Origin: an uncultured bacterium
GTDB lineage: Bacteria; Actinomycetota; Actinomycetes; S36-B12
Direction of reading: 5' to 3'
Assembly (NCBI GenBank): GCA_903934925.1
Contig: CAIZPS010000054.1
Location: 1-48,362, forward strand
DNA: 48,362 nucleotides
Under the pieces are notes generated by a model. The model was not told where the DNA came from. It did no database searches and was given only the letters and a program-made list of their open reading frames with translations. Shown here in pieces: positions 7,553 to 15,383 of the stretch (positions are counted from its first letter, which is position 1; every line of letters starts with the position of its first letter). Both the position numbers and the translations under genes were made by a program.

Positions 7553-9601
7553 ATGATGGATCCCCGTCACGCGATTCTCTTCGAACCGGTGAGCATTGGC
7601 CCCAAGACCCTGCCCAACCGCTTCTACCAGGTACCGCATGCCTCCGGTTTCGGATCGGCCAAGCCCCTCACGCAGGCTGCGTTCCGAGGGATCAAGGCGG
7701 AGGGCGGCTGGGGTGGCGTGTGCGTGGAGTACTCCCCCGTATCCGCCGATGCCGACGAGGATCCCCACGTCGCGGCCTACCTTCGCGACGATCGCGATGC
7801 GGTTGCCCTGAGCCGGACGGCCGAGGCGATCCACGTCCACGGCGCGCTCGCCGGGATGGAGCTCTACCACGGGGGCAACTCGAGCAAGAACGTGAGCAGC
7901 AGGCATGCGCGCATCGCCCCCAGCGCACGAACGGCGGAGATCCGTTGGGGTTCGCAGGCGCGCGAGATGACTATTGACGACATCGAGCGGGTTCAGTCCG
8001 ACTTCGTGAACAGCGCGCGGCTGGCGCGAGACGCAGGCTTCGACATCGTGTACGTATACGGAGCCCACGGCTACCTGCTCACCCAGTTCCTCTCCCCCTG
8101 GTACAACGTCCGCACCGACGGGTACGGAGGCACACTTGCGGGTCGTTCGCGCTTCGCGCTGGAAACCCTCGAGCGCGTTCGCAGCGCCATCGGCGACGAC
8201 TGCGCGATCGCCACCCGCATCTGCATAGACGGACGCCGGGGAGTCAAGGGGATTCGTGTCGAGGAGATGCTCGGCTTCGTCTCTCTCGCCGAACCCCTGG
8301 TCGACCTGTTCGACGTCACCGTCGGGTCCTGGCCCGAGGACTCCGGAACATCGCGCTACTACCCCGAGGGGCACCAACTGTCCTGGACATCGCAGGTGCG
8401 CAGTGCCACAACGAAGCCGATCGTCGGTGTAGGCCGATACACGAATCCCGATCAGATGGCCGCGATCATCCGATCCGGCGACTTCGACCTCATTGGTGCA
8501 GCGCGTCCTGCCATCGCCGATCCCTTCCTGCCCGCGAAGATCGCCGAGGGTCGATCCGGAGATATCCGCGAGTGCACCGGCGCGAACGTGTGCATTCTGA
8601 AGGAAGAGGACTTTCGGCACGTCGGATGCATTCAGAACCCGACCGCCGGCGAGGAGTACCGCCGTGGCTGGCATCCCGAGCGCATTCCCCCGACGAGCAA
8701 CCCGGACAGGAGCGTCCTCGTCATCGGGGCGGGTCCCGCGGGCATGGAGTGCGCGCTCACCCTGGGGCGCCGCGGATTCGAGGCGGTGCACCTGGTCGAC
8801 TCGCAGGACGAGATCGGCGGACGCCTGACCTGGACGAGGCGCCTGCCCACTCTCGGCGACTGGGGCAGGATCACCGACTGGCGCAAGACTCAGATCGATC
8901 AGCTCCCGAACATCACCGTCATCACCGGACGAAGCCTCAGTGCCGCGGACGTTCTGGGCTACGGGGCCGACATCGTCATCGTCGCGACGGGCAGCCGATG
9001 GAGCGATGACGGGACCCAGCCGGGGAGCAGGCGCGTCATCACCGGCGCCTCGGGCTCTTTGACGCCGGAGCGCATCATGGCCGGCGAGCGACCGCGGGGG
9101 CAGCGCGTGGCGGTCTATGACTGCGACGGCTACTACGTGGGCCCAGGCATAGCGGAACTCCTCGCGAACGAGGGCTACGACGTCCACCTTGTGACACCTC
9201 ACTCGATCATCTCGCCGATGAGCGACGGCACCCTCGAGGGGCCGATGCTCCGTCAGCACCTGCACGACGTCGGCGTCTCGATGCACGCCGACGTGACGAT
9301 GCAGCGGGCCGAGGAGGGCGCCGTCACAGGGGAGACCGCGTACTCCGATCCGTGGCGCCTTGAAGTCGATGACATCGTCTTGGTCACGCATCAGGTACCG
9401 GTCGATGCCCTGCACCGCGAACTCGTCGCTGATCAGGCCGGTCTCGACGAAGCCGGCATCAGCCAGGTGTTCCTGATCGGTGACGCGCAATCACCCCGGT
9501 GGATCTCCGAGGCTGTCTTCGACGGTCATAGGCTTGCCCGAGAGATCGACCTGCCCCACCCGGAGTTTCCGGCACCGGTCCTGCGTGACCTTCCTGCCTG
9601 A
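7553..9601 (+). CDS. Trimethylamine/dimethylamine/histamine dehydrogenase-family flavoprotein (OYE-like FMN domain + Fe-S motif + ADP-binding domains), 682 aa
   Basis: The product is colinear, by eye, with my recollection of Methylophilus TMADH. Shared segments are [92 protein letters not shown] and [26 protein letters not shown]. Confidence 0.8.
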   Translation: MMDPRHAILFEPVSIGPKTLPNRFYQVPHASGFGSAKPLTQAAFRGIKAEGGWGGVCVEYSPVSADADEDPHVAAYLRDDRDAVALSRTAEAIHVHGALAGMELYHGGNSSKNVSSRHARIAPSARTAEIRWGSQAREMTIDDIERVQSDFVNSARLARDAGFDIVYVYGAHGYLLTQFLSPWYNVRTDGYGGTLAGRSRFALETLERVRSAIGDDCAIATRICIDGRRGVKGIRVEEMLGFVSLAEPLVDLFDVTVGSWPEDSGTSRYYPEGHQLSWTSQVRSATTKPIVGVGRYTNPDQMAAIIRSGDFDLIGAARPAIADPFLPAKIAEGRSGDIRECTGANVCILKEEDFRHVGCIQNPTAGEEYRRGWHPERIPPTSNPDRSVLVIGAGPAGMECALTLGRRGFEAVHLVDSQDEIGGRLTWTRRLPTLGDWGRITDWRKTQIDQLPNITVITGRSLSAADVLGYGADIVIVATGSRWSDDGTQPGSRRVITGASGSLTPERIMAGERPRGQRVAVYDCDGYYVGPGIAELLANEGYDVHLVTPHSIISPMSDGTLEGPMLRQHLHDVGVSMHADVTMQRAEEGAVTGETAYSDPWRLEVDDIVLVTHQVPVDALHRELVADQAGLDEAGISQVFLIGDAQSPRWISEAVFDGHRLAREIDLPHPEFPAPVLRDLPA

Positions 9602-9636
9602 GACCCTGCCGCACCAACGAGAACCAGAGGAGAGCC

Positions 9637-10128
9637 GTGGCCGACAGCAGTTTCGACATCGTGTCAAAGATCGATCGCCAAGAGGCCGACAACGCCCTGA
9701 ATCAGGCCGCCAAGGAGCTGGCACAGCGATTCGACTTCAAGAACACCGACACCACCATCGAGTGGAAGGGCGAGCTCGTCGTCGAGATCACATCCGGTAC
9801 CGAAGAGCGCGCCAGCGCGGCCCTCGAGGTCTTTCGGGAGAAGCTGATCAAGCGGGGCATCAGCCTGAAGGCCTTCGAGGCCGGAGACCCGCGGGCTTCC
9901 GGCAAGGAGTACAAGATCGGCGGCACTTTCAAGGCAGGTATCTCGTCCGAGCAGGCGAAGAAGCTCGGAAAGCTCATCCGCGATGAGGGGCCCAAGTCCG
10001 TCAAGGCCCAGGTCATGGGCGACGAACTGAGGGTCACAAGCAAGAGCCGGGACGACCTTCAGGCCGTTCAGGCACTCGTTCGCGAAGCCGATCTCGACTT
10101 CGCGGTGCAGTTCGACAACTATCGCTGA
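9637..10128 (+). CDS. yajQ: YajQ-family (UPF0234) nucleotide-binding protein
   Basis: The 163-aa product has [29 protein letters not shown] and a C-terminal [23 protein letters not shown], the typical YajQ signature. It has a GTG start with GAGGAG upstream. Confidence 0.88.
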   Translation: MADSSFDIVSKIDRQEADNALNQAAKELAQRFDFKNTDTTIEWKGELVVEITSGTEERASAALEVFREKLIKRGISLKAFEAGDPRASGKEYKIGGTFKAGISSEQAKKLGKLIRDEGPKSVKAQVMGDELRVTSKSRDDLQAVQALVREADLDFAVQFDNYR

Positions 10129-10150
10129 CGATCACCGGAGCGGGTCGACC

Positions 10151-10480
10151 TCACGACGAGCCATGCGAAGCGAGTCGGTCGGTGTCATGCTCGAGTCCTG
10201 ATCGCGTCGCCGCTGGATAGTCGTGCTGCGGCTGCCATTCGAGGGCGTCAAATGGGCAAACATCGACGCAGATGCCGCAGTACATGCATAGACCGAAGTC
10301 GATAGTGAAGCGATCAAGCACACTCACGGTGCGTGGCCGGCGGGCACCCTCCTCGCTCACCTCCTCATGGTGACTGTCAATGGCAATGCACCACGACGGA
10401 CACTCCTGCACGCAGATCATGCACACCGTGCAGGCATCCGGGATCAACTGAATGACGCCACGCGGCTCTCGCGACGTCAC
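10151..10480 (-). CDS. NuoI-like 2x[4Fe-4S] ferredoxin subunit (orphan paralogue, about 109 aa)
   Basis: The product has CTVCMICVQECP and CMYCGICVDVCP separated by an RxxxxxxRFTIDFGxC spacer, as in NuoI/HycF-type proteins. The preferred GTG start at 10478-10480 overlaps the upstream stop (GTGA). The track start ATG 10504 is also possible. Confidence 0.75.
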   Translation of the reverse strand: MTSREPRGVIQLIPDACTVCMICVQECPSWCIAIDSHHEEVSEEGARRPRTVSVLDRFTIDFGLCMYCGICVDVCPFDALEWQPQHDYPAATRSGLEHDTDRLASHGSS

Positions 10481-10959
10481 GCCGGCTCCCGTTCGGACAT
10501 CCACTCGTCTCGCACACCCGGTGGCAGCTGCGGCCTGCGAGCGCGCCGCAAGTCATCTCCCGAGGGCGTCCCTGGCCATTCGCGCGCAACGCGTTCGGTC
10601 AGGGCGCTGGCCTTGCGCAGCGGAGGCACGCCGGATGCCGGGGCCTCACGGAGGATCAGCGGGCGCGGGTCGGGATGGCCCGTGAAGATGATCCCGAACA
10701 TCTCGGCGGTCTCCCGCTCGTGCCATGAAGCGCCGTCGAGCACCGATGACGCCGAGGGCACCGCGAGCTGATCCGCTGGAACTCGAGTCGTGAGACGGCA
10801 GCGCTGGGCAGTGTCCGGGTTGGTGAGGACAGCGACGACCTCGACCACACCGATCCGATCGACGGCCGTGATCAGGTCGAGCATCGCGAAGCCGGCCGCC
10901 CGTGCCTGGTCAAGCGCGCGCAGCCATTCCGTTAGCGGGACCTCCCGGACTTCAGTCAT
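10477..10959 (-). CDS. NuoC-like (complex I 30 kDa family) subunit, orphan paralogue, 160 aa
   Basis: The product reads MTEVREVPLTEWLRAL...SWHERETAEMFGIIFTGHPDPRPLIL, matching the NuoC signature WHERE..D.FG..F.GHPD.R.L. ATG 10957-10959 overlaps the stop of the NuoB-like gene (ATGA). The N-terminal 48 codons of the track ORF overlap the upstream gene. Confidence 0.75.
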   Translation of the reverse strand: MTEVREVPLTEWLRALDQARAAGFAMLDLITAVDRIGVVEVVAVLTNPDTAQRCRLTTRVPADQLAVPSASSVLDGASWHERETAEMFGIIFTGHPDPRPLILREAPASGVPPLRKASALTERVAREWPGTPSGDDLRRARRPQLPPGVRDEWMSEREPA

Positions 10960-11408
10960 CGGCCTGCCAGGGAGAGGAGGGCATCGCGGAGGGCCTCCGG
11001 ACACGGTGGGCATCCGGGCACGTACTGCTGCACCGCGACGATGCGGTCGACCCCGTTGATGACCGTGGGTGCGTCCCAGTAAGGGCCGCCCGTGCTCGCA
11101 CACGCACCGAAGGCCAGCACCGCGTCGACCAGGGGACGCTGACCGAGGGCCGCCTCCACGGCGGGCACGAGAGGGGTCGTGACCGTCCCGGCCACGACGA
11201 GCACCCGGAACCCGCCGCCCGGCTCGCGAACAGGCTCGCGAACAGGCTCGCGATCAGGCTCGCCGTCCGCGGGCACGAGGATTCCGGCAACCACTGCGGC
11301 ATCGACCTCGACCGCGCAGCAGGCCAAGCCCAACGCCAGAACGCGAACCTCCACGAGGGGGTCAGCGGCGAGCCGGAACTCCCGGGTCGCAAGCAGGGAG
11401 TGGAGCAT
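10956..11408 (-). CDS. NuoB-like (20 kDa / hydrogenase small-subunit-related) Fe-S subunit, orphan paralogue, 150 aa
   Basis: The product has LGLACCAVE, FGACASTGGPYW and VPGCPPCPEAL, so all four Cys positions of the N2-type [4Fe-4S] site are present. It is strongly diverged from the canonical nuoB at 32145-32699. It carries an EPDR/EPVR repeat insert. Confidence 0.75.
   Translation of the reverse strand: MLHSLLATREFRLAADPLVEVRVLALGLACCAVEVDAAVVAGILVPADGEPDREPVREPVREPGGGFRVLVVAGTVTTPLVPAVEAALGQRPLVDAVLAFGACASTGGPYWDAPTVINGVDRIVAVQQYVPGCPPCPEALRDALLSLAGR
11221..11264 (-). repeat. 12-nt in-frame tandem repeat (about 3.6 units) inside the NuoB-like gene
   Basis: Units are ggctcgcgaaca, ggctcgcgaaca, ggctcgcgatca and a partial ggctcgcc. 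They encode GEPDREPVREPVREPGG. Confidence 0.9.
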
Positions 11409-11446
11409 GCCGCCAGCGTAGTTCCGCCCTTGCCGGGTGTAGGCTG

Positions 11447-11460
11447 CTAGGACGTCCTAG
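11447..11460. promoter_or_regulatory. Perfect 14-bp palindrome CTAGGACGTCCTAG in the divergent nuoB-like/korA intergenic region (candidate operator)
   Basis: The palindrome was read directly from the sequence. It lies 39 to 52 bp from the NuoB-like start and 75 to 88 bp from the korA start. It contains two CTAG tetranucleotides in a GC-rich context. Confidence 0.4.
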
Positions 11461-11534
11461 AACCTTCTCGTGACGGCAGGCCGCCCACAACGCGAACGCC
11501 GCGCGGAGCCCCTTCACCGTCCCTAAGGAAGCCC

Positions 11535-13400
11535 GTGACCAAGCAGGTCGTCACCCTCAATCGCGTCGTCATCAGGTTCGCCGGGGACTCCGGCGACGGA
11601 ATGCAGTTGACCGGCGACCGGTTCACGTCCGAGACCGCCGGCCTGGGCAACGACCTGTCGACCCTGCCGGACTTCCCAGCAGAGATCCGCGCGCCAGCGG
11701 GCACCATCGGAGGTGTCTCCGCCTTCCAGCTGGCCTTCGCCGACCACGACATCACGACCCCGGGCGATGCCCCCAACGTGCTCGTGGCGATGAACCCAGC
11801 AGCGCTGAAGGCGAACATCAAGGACCTGCCGCGAGGCGCGGACATAATCCTGAACACCGACGAGTTCACCAAGCGGAACCTGGAGAAGGTCGGCTACACC
11901 GCCAACCCCATCGAGGACGGCTCCCTCGAGCCCTACAACGTGCATGCGATCGCCCTGACGTCGCAGACCGTTGAGGCGCTCAAGGGCTTCGACCTGTCGA
12001 AGAAGGAGGCCGAGCGCTCGAAGAACATGTATGCGCTCGGCCTGCTGTGCTGGCTCTACTCGCGCCCGGCCGAGGGAACGCGGACATTCCTGGAGAAGAA
12101 GTTCGGCAAGAAGCCCGAGATCCTCGCCGCCAACCTCGCCGCCTTCGAGGCCGGATGGTCGTTCGGCGAGACCACCGAGGTGTTCTCCGTCCAGTACGAG
12201 GTGGCCAAGGCCGACGACCTGCCCGAGGGCCTGTACCGCAACATCATGGGCAATCCGGCTCTGGCCTACGGGCTCATCGCGGCGTCCAAGAGGTCCGGCC
12301 TGCCACTCTTCCTCGGCTCGTACCCGATCACCCCGGCATCAGACATCCTCCATGAGCTGGCGAAGAACCACCGCTTCGGAGTGACGACTTTCCAGGCCGA
12401 AGACGAGATCGCGGGCATCGGCTCGGCGATCGGCGCCGCGTACGGCGGCGCGCTGGCCGTCACCACGACCTCCGGTCCCGGCATCGCCCTGAAGTCGGAG
12501 GCGATCGGCCTCGCGGTTTCGCTGGAGCTGCCGCTGATCGTCGTCGATGTGCAGCGCGGTGGCCCATCGACGGGCCTGCCGACCAAGACCGAGCAGTCCG
12601 ACCTGCTCCAGGCGATGTTCGGGCGCAACGGTGAGTCTCCGGTGCCGATCGTTGCACCGCAGTCCCCGTCCGACTGCTTCTACGCGGCGATGGAGGCAGC
12701 ACGAATCGCTGTGGAGTACCGGACACCGGTCTTCCTGCTCTCCGATGGCTACATCGCCAACGGCTCGGAGCCGTGGAAGGTGCCGTCCGTCGACGACCTT
12801 CCGACCATCGACCCGAGCTTTGCGACCGGACCAAACCACGTCACGGACTCCGGCGAGGAGGTGTTCTGGCCCTACAAGCGAGACGAGGACACCCTCGCCC
12901 GGCCGTGGGCCATTCCGGGCACGAAGGGCCTGGAGCACCGGATCGGTGGTCTGGAGAAGGCCGACGGCACGGGCAACATCTCCTACGACGCCGACAACCA
13001 CGATCAGATGGTCCGGCTGCGCCAGGGCAAGGTCGACGCGATCGCCAAGACGATCCCCGACCTCGTTGTGGACGATCCGGACGGCAACGCTCGCGTGCTC
13101 GTTCTCGGCTGGGGATCGACCTACGGCCCGATCGGTGCCGCCTGCGAGATCACCCGACGCACCGGCGTGGCCGTGGCCCAGGCCCACCTGCGCCACCTGA
13201 ACCCGTTCCCGTCGAATCTCGGCGAGGTGCTCCGCTCGTACGACAAGGTCCTGGTGCCCGAGATGAACCTCGGCCAACTGGCCATGCTCCTGCGCGCGAA
13301 GTACCTGGTCGACATCCAGGGCATCAACCAGGTGCGGGGCATGCCTTTCAAGTCGACCGAACTCGTCTCCGCCATCACCGACGCCATCTCGAGCCTGTGA
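11535..13400 (+). CDS. korA: 2-oxoglutarate:ferredoxin oxidoreductase subunit alpha (KorA)
   Basis: The 621-aa product starts VVIRFAGDSGDGMQLTGDRFTSETA...DFPAEIRAP (fused gamma/alpha OFOR domains). It also has SYPITPASDILHEL and TTSGPGIALKSE. It has a GTG start with AAGGAAG upstream. Confidence 0.9.
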   Translation: MTKQVVTLNRVVIRFAGDSGDGMQLTGDRFTSETAGLGNDLSTLPDFPAEIRAPAGTIGGVSAFQLAFADHDITTPGDAPNVLVAMNPAALKANIKDLPRGADIILNTDEFTKRNLEKVGYTANPIEDGSLEPYNVHAIALTSQTVEALKGFDLSKKEAERSKNMYALGLLCWLYSRPAEGTRTFLEKKFGKKPEILAANLAAFEAGWSFGETTEVFSVQYEVAKADDLPEGLYRNIMGNPALAYGLIAASKRSGLPLFLGSYPITPASDILHELAKNHRFGVTTFQAEDEIAGIGSAIGAAYGGALAVTTTSGPGIALKSEAIGLAVSLELPLIVVDVQRGGPSTGLPTKTEQSDLLQAMFGRNGESPVPIVAPQSPSDCFYAAMEAARIAVEYRTPVFLLSDGYIANGSEPWKVPSVDDLPTIDPSFATGPNHVTDSGEEVFWPYKRDEDTLARPWAIPGTKGLEHRIGGLEKADGTGNISYDADNHDQMVRLRQGKVDAIAKTIPDLVVDDPDGNARVLVLGWGSTYGPIGAACEITRRTGVAVAQAHLRHLNPFPSNLGEVLRSYDKVLVPEMNLGQLAMLLRAKYLVDIQGINQVRGMPFKSTELVSAITDAISSL

Positions 13401-13407
13401 GGATCCG

Positions 13408-14454
13408 ATGACCGCCACCTACCTGAACCTCATCCCCAAGACCGACGTCGAGCTCGCCGCCAAGGACTTCAAGTCCGACCAGGAGGTCCGCTGGTGCCCC
13501 GGCTGTGGCGACTACTCGATCCTGTCGAACGTGCAGGGCTTCCTCCCAGAGCTCGGGCTCGCCAAGGAGAACATCGTCTTCATCTCCGGAATCGGCTGCT
13601 CCTCACGATTCCCGTACTACATGAACACGTTCGGCATGCACTCCATCCACGGACGTGCACCGGCCATCGCGACCGGTCTCGCGGCGACTCGGCCTGACCT
13701 GTCCATCTGGGTCGTGACCGGTGACGGCGACGCCCTGAGCATCGGCGGCAATCACCTCATCCACGCCCTGCGCCGCAATGTCAACCTGAAGATCCTGCTG
13801 TTCAACAACCGGATCTACGGCCTGACGAAGGGCCAGTACTCCCCCACGTCCGAGCAGGGCAAGATCACCAAGTCCACACCCGAGGGGTCGCTCGACTACT
13901 CCTTCAACCCAGTCTCTCTGGCCCTCGGCGCCGAGGCCACCTTCGTGGCGCGGACGATCGACTCCGACCGCAAGCACATGACCGAGGTGCTGCGCGCCGC
14001 AGCCCACCACGAGGGCACGTCACTCGTCGAGATCTACCAGAACTGCAACATCTTCAACGACGGCGCCTGGGAGCCGCTGAAGGACGGCGACACCCGCGAC
14101 GACATGATGATGCGTCTCGAGCACGGCCAGCCCATCCGCTTCGGCAAGGACATGGAGAAGGGCGTCATTCGCACCCACGACGGCCATATCGCGGTCGCCG
14201 ATGTTGCGGAGGTCGGCGAGGACGCCGTCATTCGGCATGACGCGCACGCCAAGGATCCCGGCCTCGCCTTCGCGCTCTCCCGGCTGTCGAACCCACGAAC
14301 CCTCGAGAACACACCCATCGGCATCTTCCGGGACATCGAGCGGCCGTCCTACGACCGCCTCGTGCGGGAGCAGCTTGCCGAGGTGCAGGCCAAGCAGGGC
14401 GAGGGCGATCTTCAGGCCCTGCTCACCGGCGGAGACACCTGGAACGTCAGCTGA
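13408..14454 (+). CDS. korB: 2-oxoglutarate:ferredoxin oxidoreductase subunit beta (KorB, TPP-binding)
   Basis: The 348-aa product has WCPGCGDY, GIGCSSRFPYY, the GDGDALSIGGNH TPP motif and NNRIYGLTKGQ. Confidence 0.9.
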   Translation: MTATYLNLIPKTDVELAAKDFKSDQEVRWCPGCGDYSILSNVQGFLPELGLAKENIVFISGIGCSSRFPYYMNTFGMHSIHGRAPAIATGLAATRPDLSIWVVTGDGDALSIGGNHLIHALRRNVNLKILLFNNRIYGLTKGQYSPTSEQGKITKSTPEGSLDYSFNPVSLALGAEATFVARTIDSDRKHMTEVLRAAAHHEGTSLVEIYQNCNIFNDGAWEPLKDGDTRDDMMMRLEHGQPIRFGKDMEKGVIRTHDGHIAVADVAEVGEDAVIRHDAHAKDPGLAFALSRLSNPRTLENTPIGIFRDIERPSYDRLVREQLAEVQAKQGEGDLQALLTGGDTWNVS

Positions 14455-14456
14455 GC

Positions 14457-15380
14457 CTGGCCCGTCGGCCCGCAAGCCGGGCGGGGACCGGAGTCCTGCT
14501 CGGCATCCTCGCCTATGGGCTCTGGGGACTCTTCCCGCTCTACTTTCATCTTCTTGACGACGTCTCCCCCATCGAGGTGGTCGCCAACAGGGTGGTGTGG
14601 TCGTTGGTGTTCCTCGCCATCCTCATCACGGTGACGCGGTCGTGGGCAAAGATGCTGATGGCCGCCCGATCACGGCGCAACACCGGCCTACTAGCCATCG
14701 CTGCTGCGTTTCTGGCAGTCAACTGGGGTGTCTACGTCTGGGCAGTGATCTCCGATCAGGTGCTGGAGGCTTCACTCGGGTACTTCATCAATCCCCTCGT
14801 GTCCGTTGCTCTGGGTGTGATCATCCTCGGCGAGCGCCTGCGGGCGATGCAGTGGGCCGCTGTGGCGATCGCGGTCCTCGCCGTCGCAGTGCTCACCTTC
14901 AGCTACGGCCGGCCGCCGTGGATCAGCATCGTCCTTGCCGTCTCCTTCGGCGTCTACGGACTGATCAAGAAGCAGGTGGGCCTCGGGGCAGTCGAGAGCC
15001 TGACCATCGAGACGGCGACGCTGACTCCCCTGGCTGTCGTCCTGATGGTGGTCATGGCGACGCGAGGCGTGTCCGATCTGACCTCGGGAGACGCCCGCCT
15101 CACCGTGCTCCTCATCCTGCTGGGAGTCGTCACCGCCATACCGCTGCTGGCATTCGGCGGGGCAGCCAACCGGATCCCCCTCTCGAGCCTGGGGCTGATG
15201 CAGTACATCACGCCGGTGTTCCAGTTCATCCTCGGTGTGGCCGTGTTCGGGGAGGCCATGACGGCTAGTCGATGGGTCGGCTTCGTACTCGTGTGGGTCT
15301 CACTGCTGGTCATGTCGATCGACGGACTTCGCCATGCGCGCAGTCGGACGAGCAGCCTCGAGGTCATCGAGCCGGACTGA
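14457..15380 (+). CDS. rarD: RarD/EamA-family (DMT superfamily) membrane protein; start codon unresolved
   Basis: Track ORF 14577..15380 begins at VVANRVVWS. The same frame is open upstream and encodes the conserved first helix GVLLGILAYGLWGLFPLYFHLL (14490-14555). There is no ATG, GTG or TTG between that helix and the preceding in-frame region; only CTG codons at 14451, 14457 and 14496. Confidence 0.7.
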   Translation: MARRPASRAGTGVLLGILAYGLWGLFPLYFHLLDDVSPIEVVANRVVWSLVFLAILITVTRSWAKMLMAARSRRNTGLLAIAAAFLAVNWGVYVWAVISDQVLEASLGYFINPLVSVALGVIILGERLRAMQWAAVAIAVLAVAVLTFSYGRPPWISIVLAVSFGVYGLIKKQVGLGAVESLTIETATLTPLAVVLMVVMATRGVSDLTSGDARLTVLLILLGVVTAIPLLAFGGAANRIPLSSLGLMQYITPVFQFILGVAVFGEAMTASRWVGFVLVWVSLLVMSIDGLRHARSRTSSLEVIEPD

Positions 15381-15383
15381 GCA

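Noticed and set aside
6899-9490. 863-aa minus-strand ORF, the longest in the track
   Set aside because: Only its last 211 codons (6899-7534) look like a real protein, a HAD hydrolase with DxDxT. The remainder is the antisense frame of the strongly homology-supported TMADH-family gene. It has the Arg/Asp/Gly/His/Val-rich composition typical of shadow ORFs in high-GC DNA.
10151-11408. NuoB/C/I-like trio as a recent segmental duplication or pseudogenised copy of nuoB, nuoC and nuoI from the same window
   Set aside because: Identity to the canonical copies is low by eye. All Fe-S ligands are intact, the frames are uninterrupted, and the genes are precisely start/stop coupled. That pattern argues for a maintained, anciently diverged paralogue set rather than a fresh copy or obvious pseudogenes.
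11447-11872. 141-aa minus-strand ORF starting in the kor promoter region
   Set aside because: It is antisense to the well-supported korA 5' end and has no motif. It is a shadow ORF.
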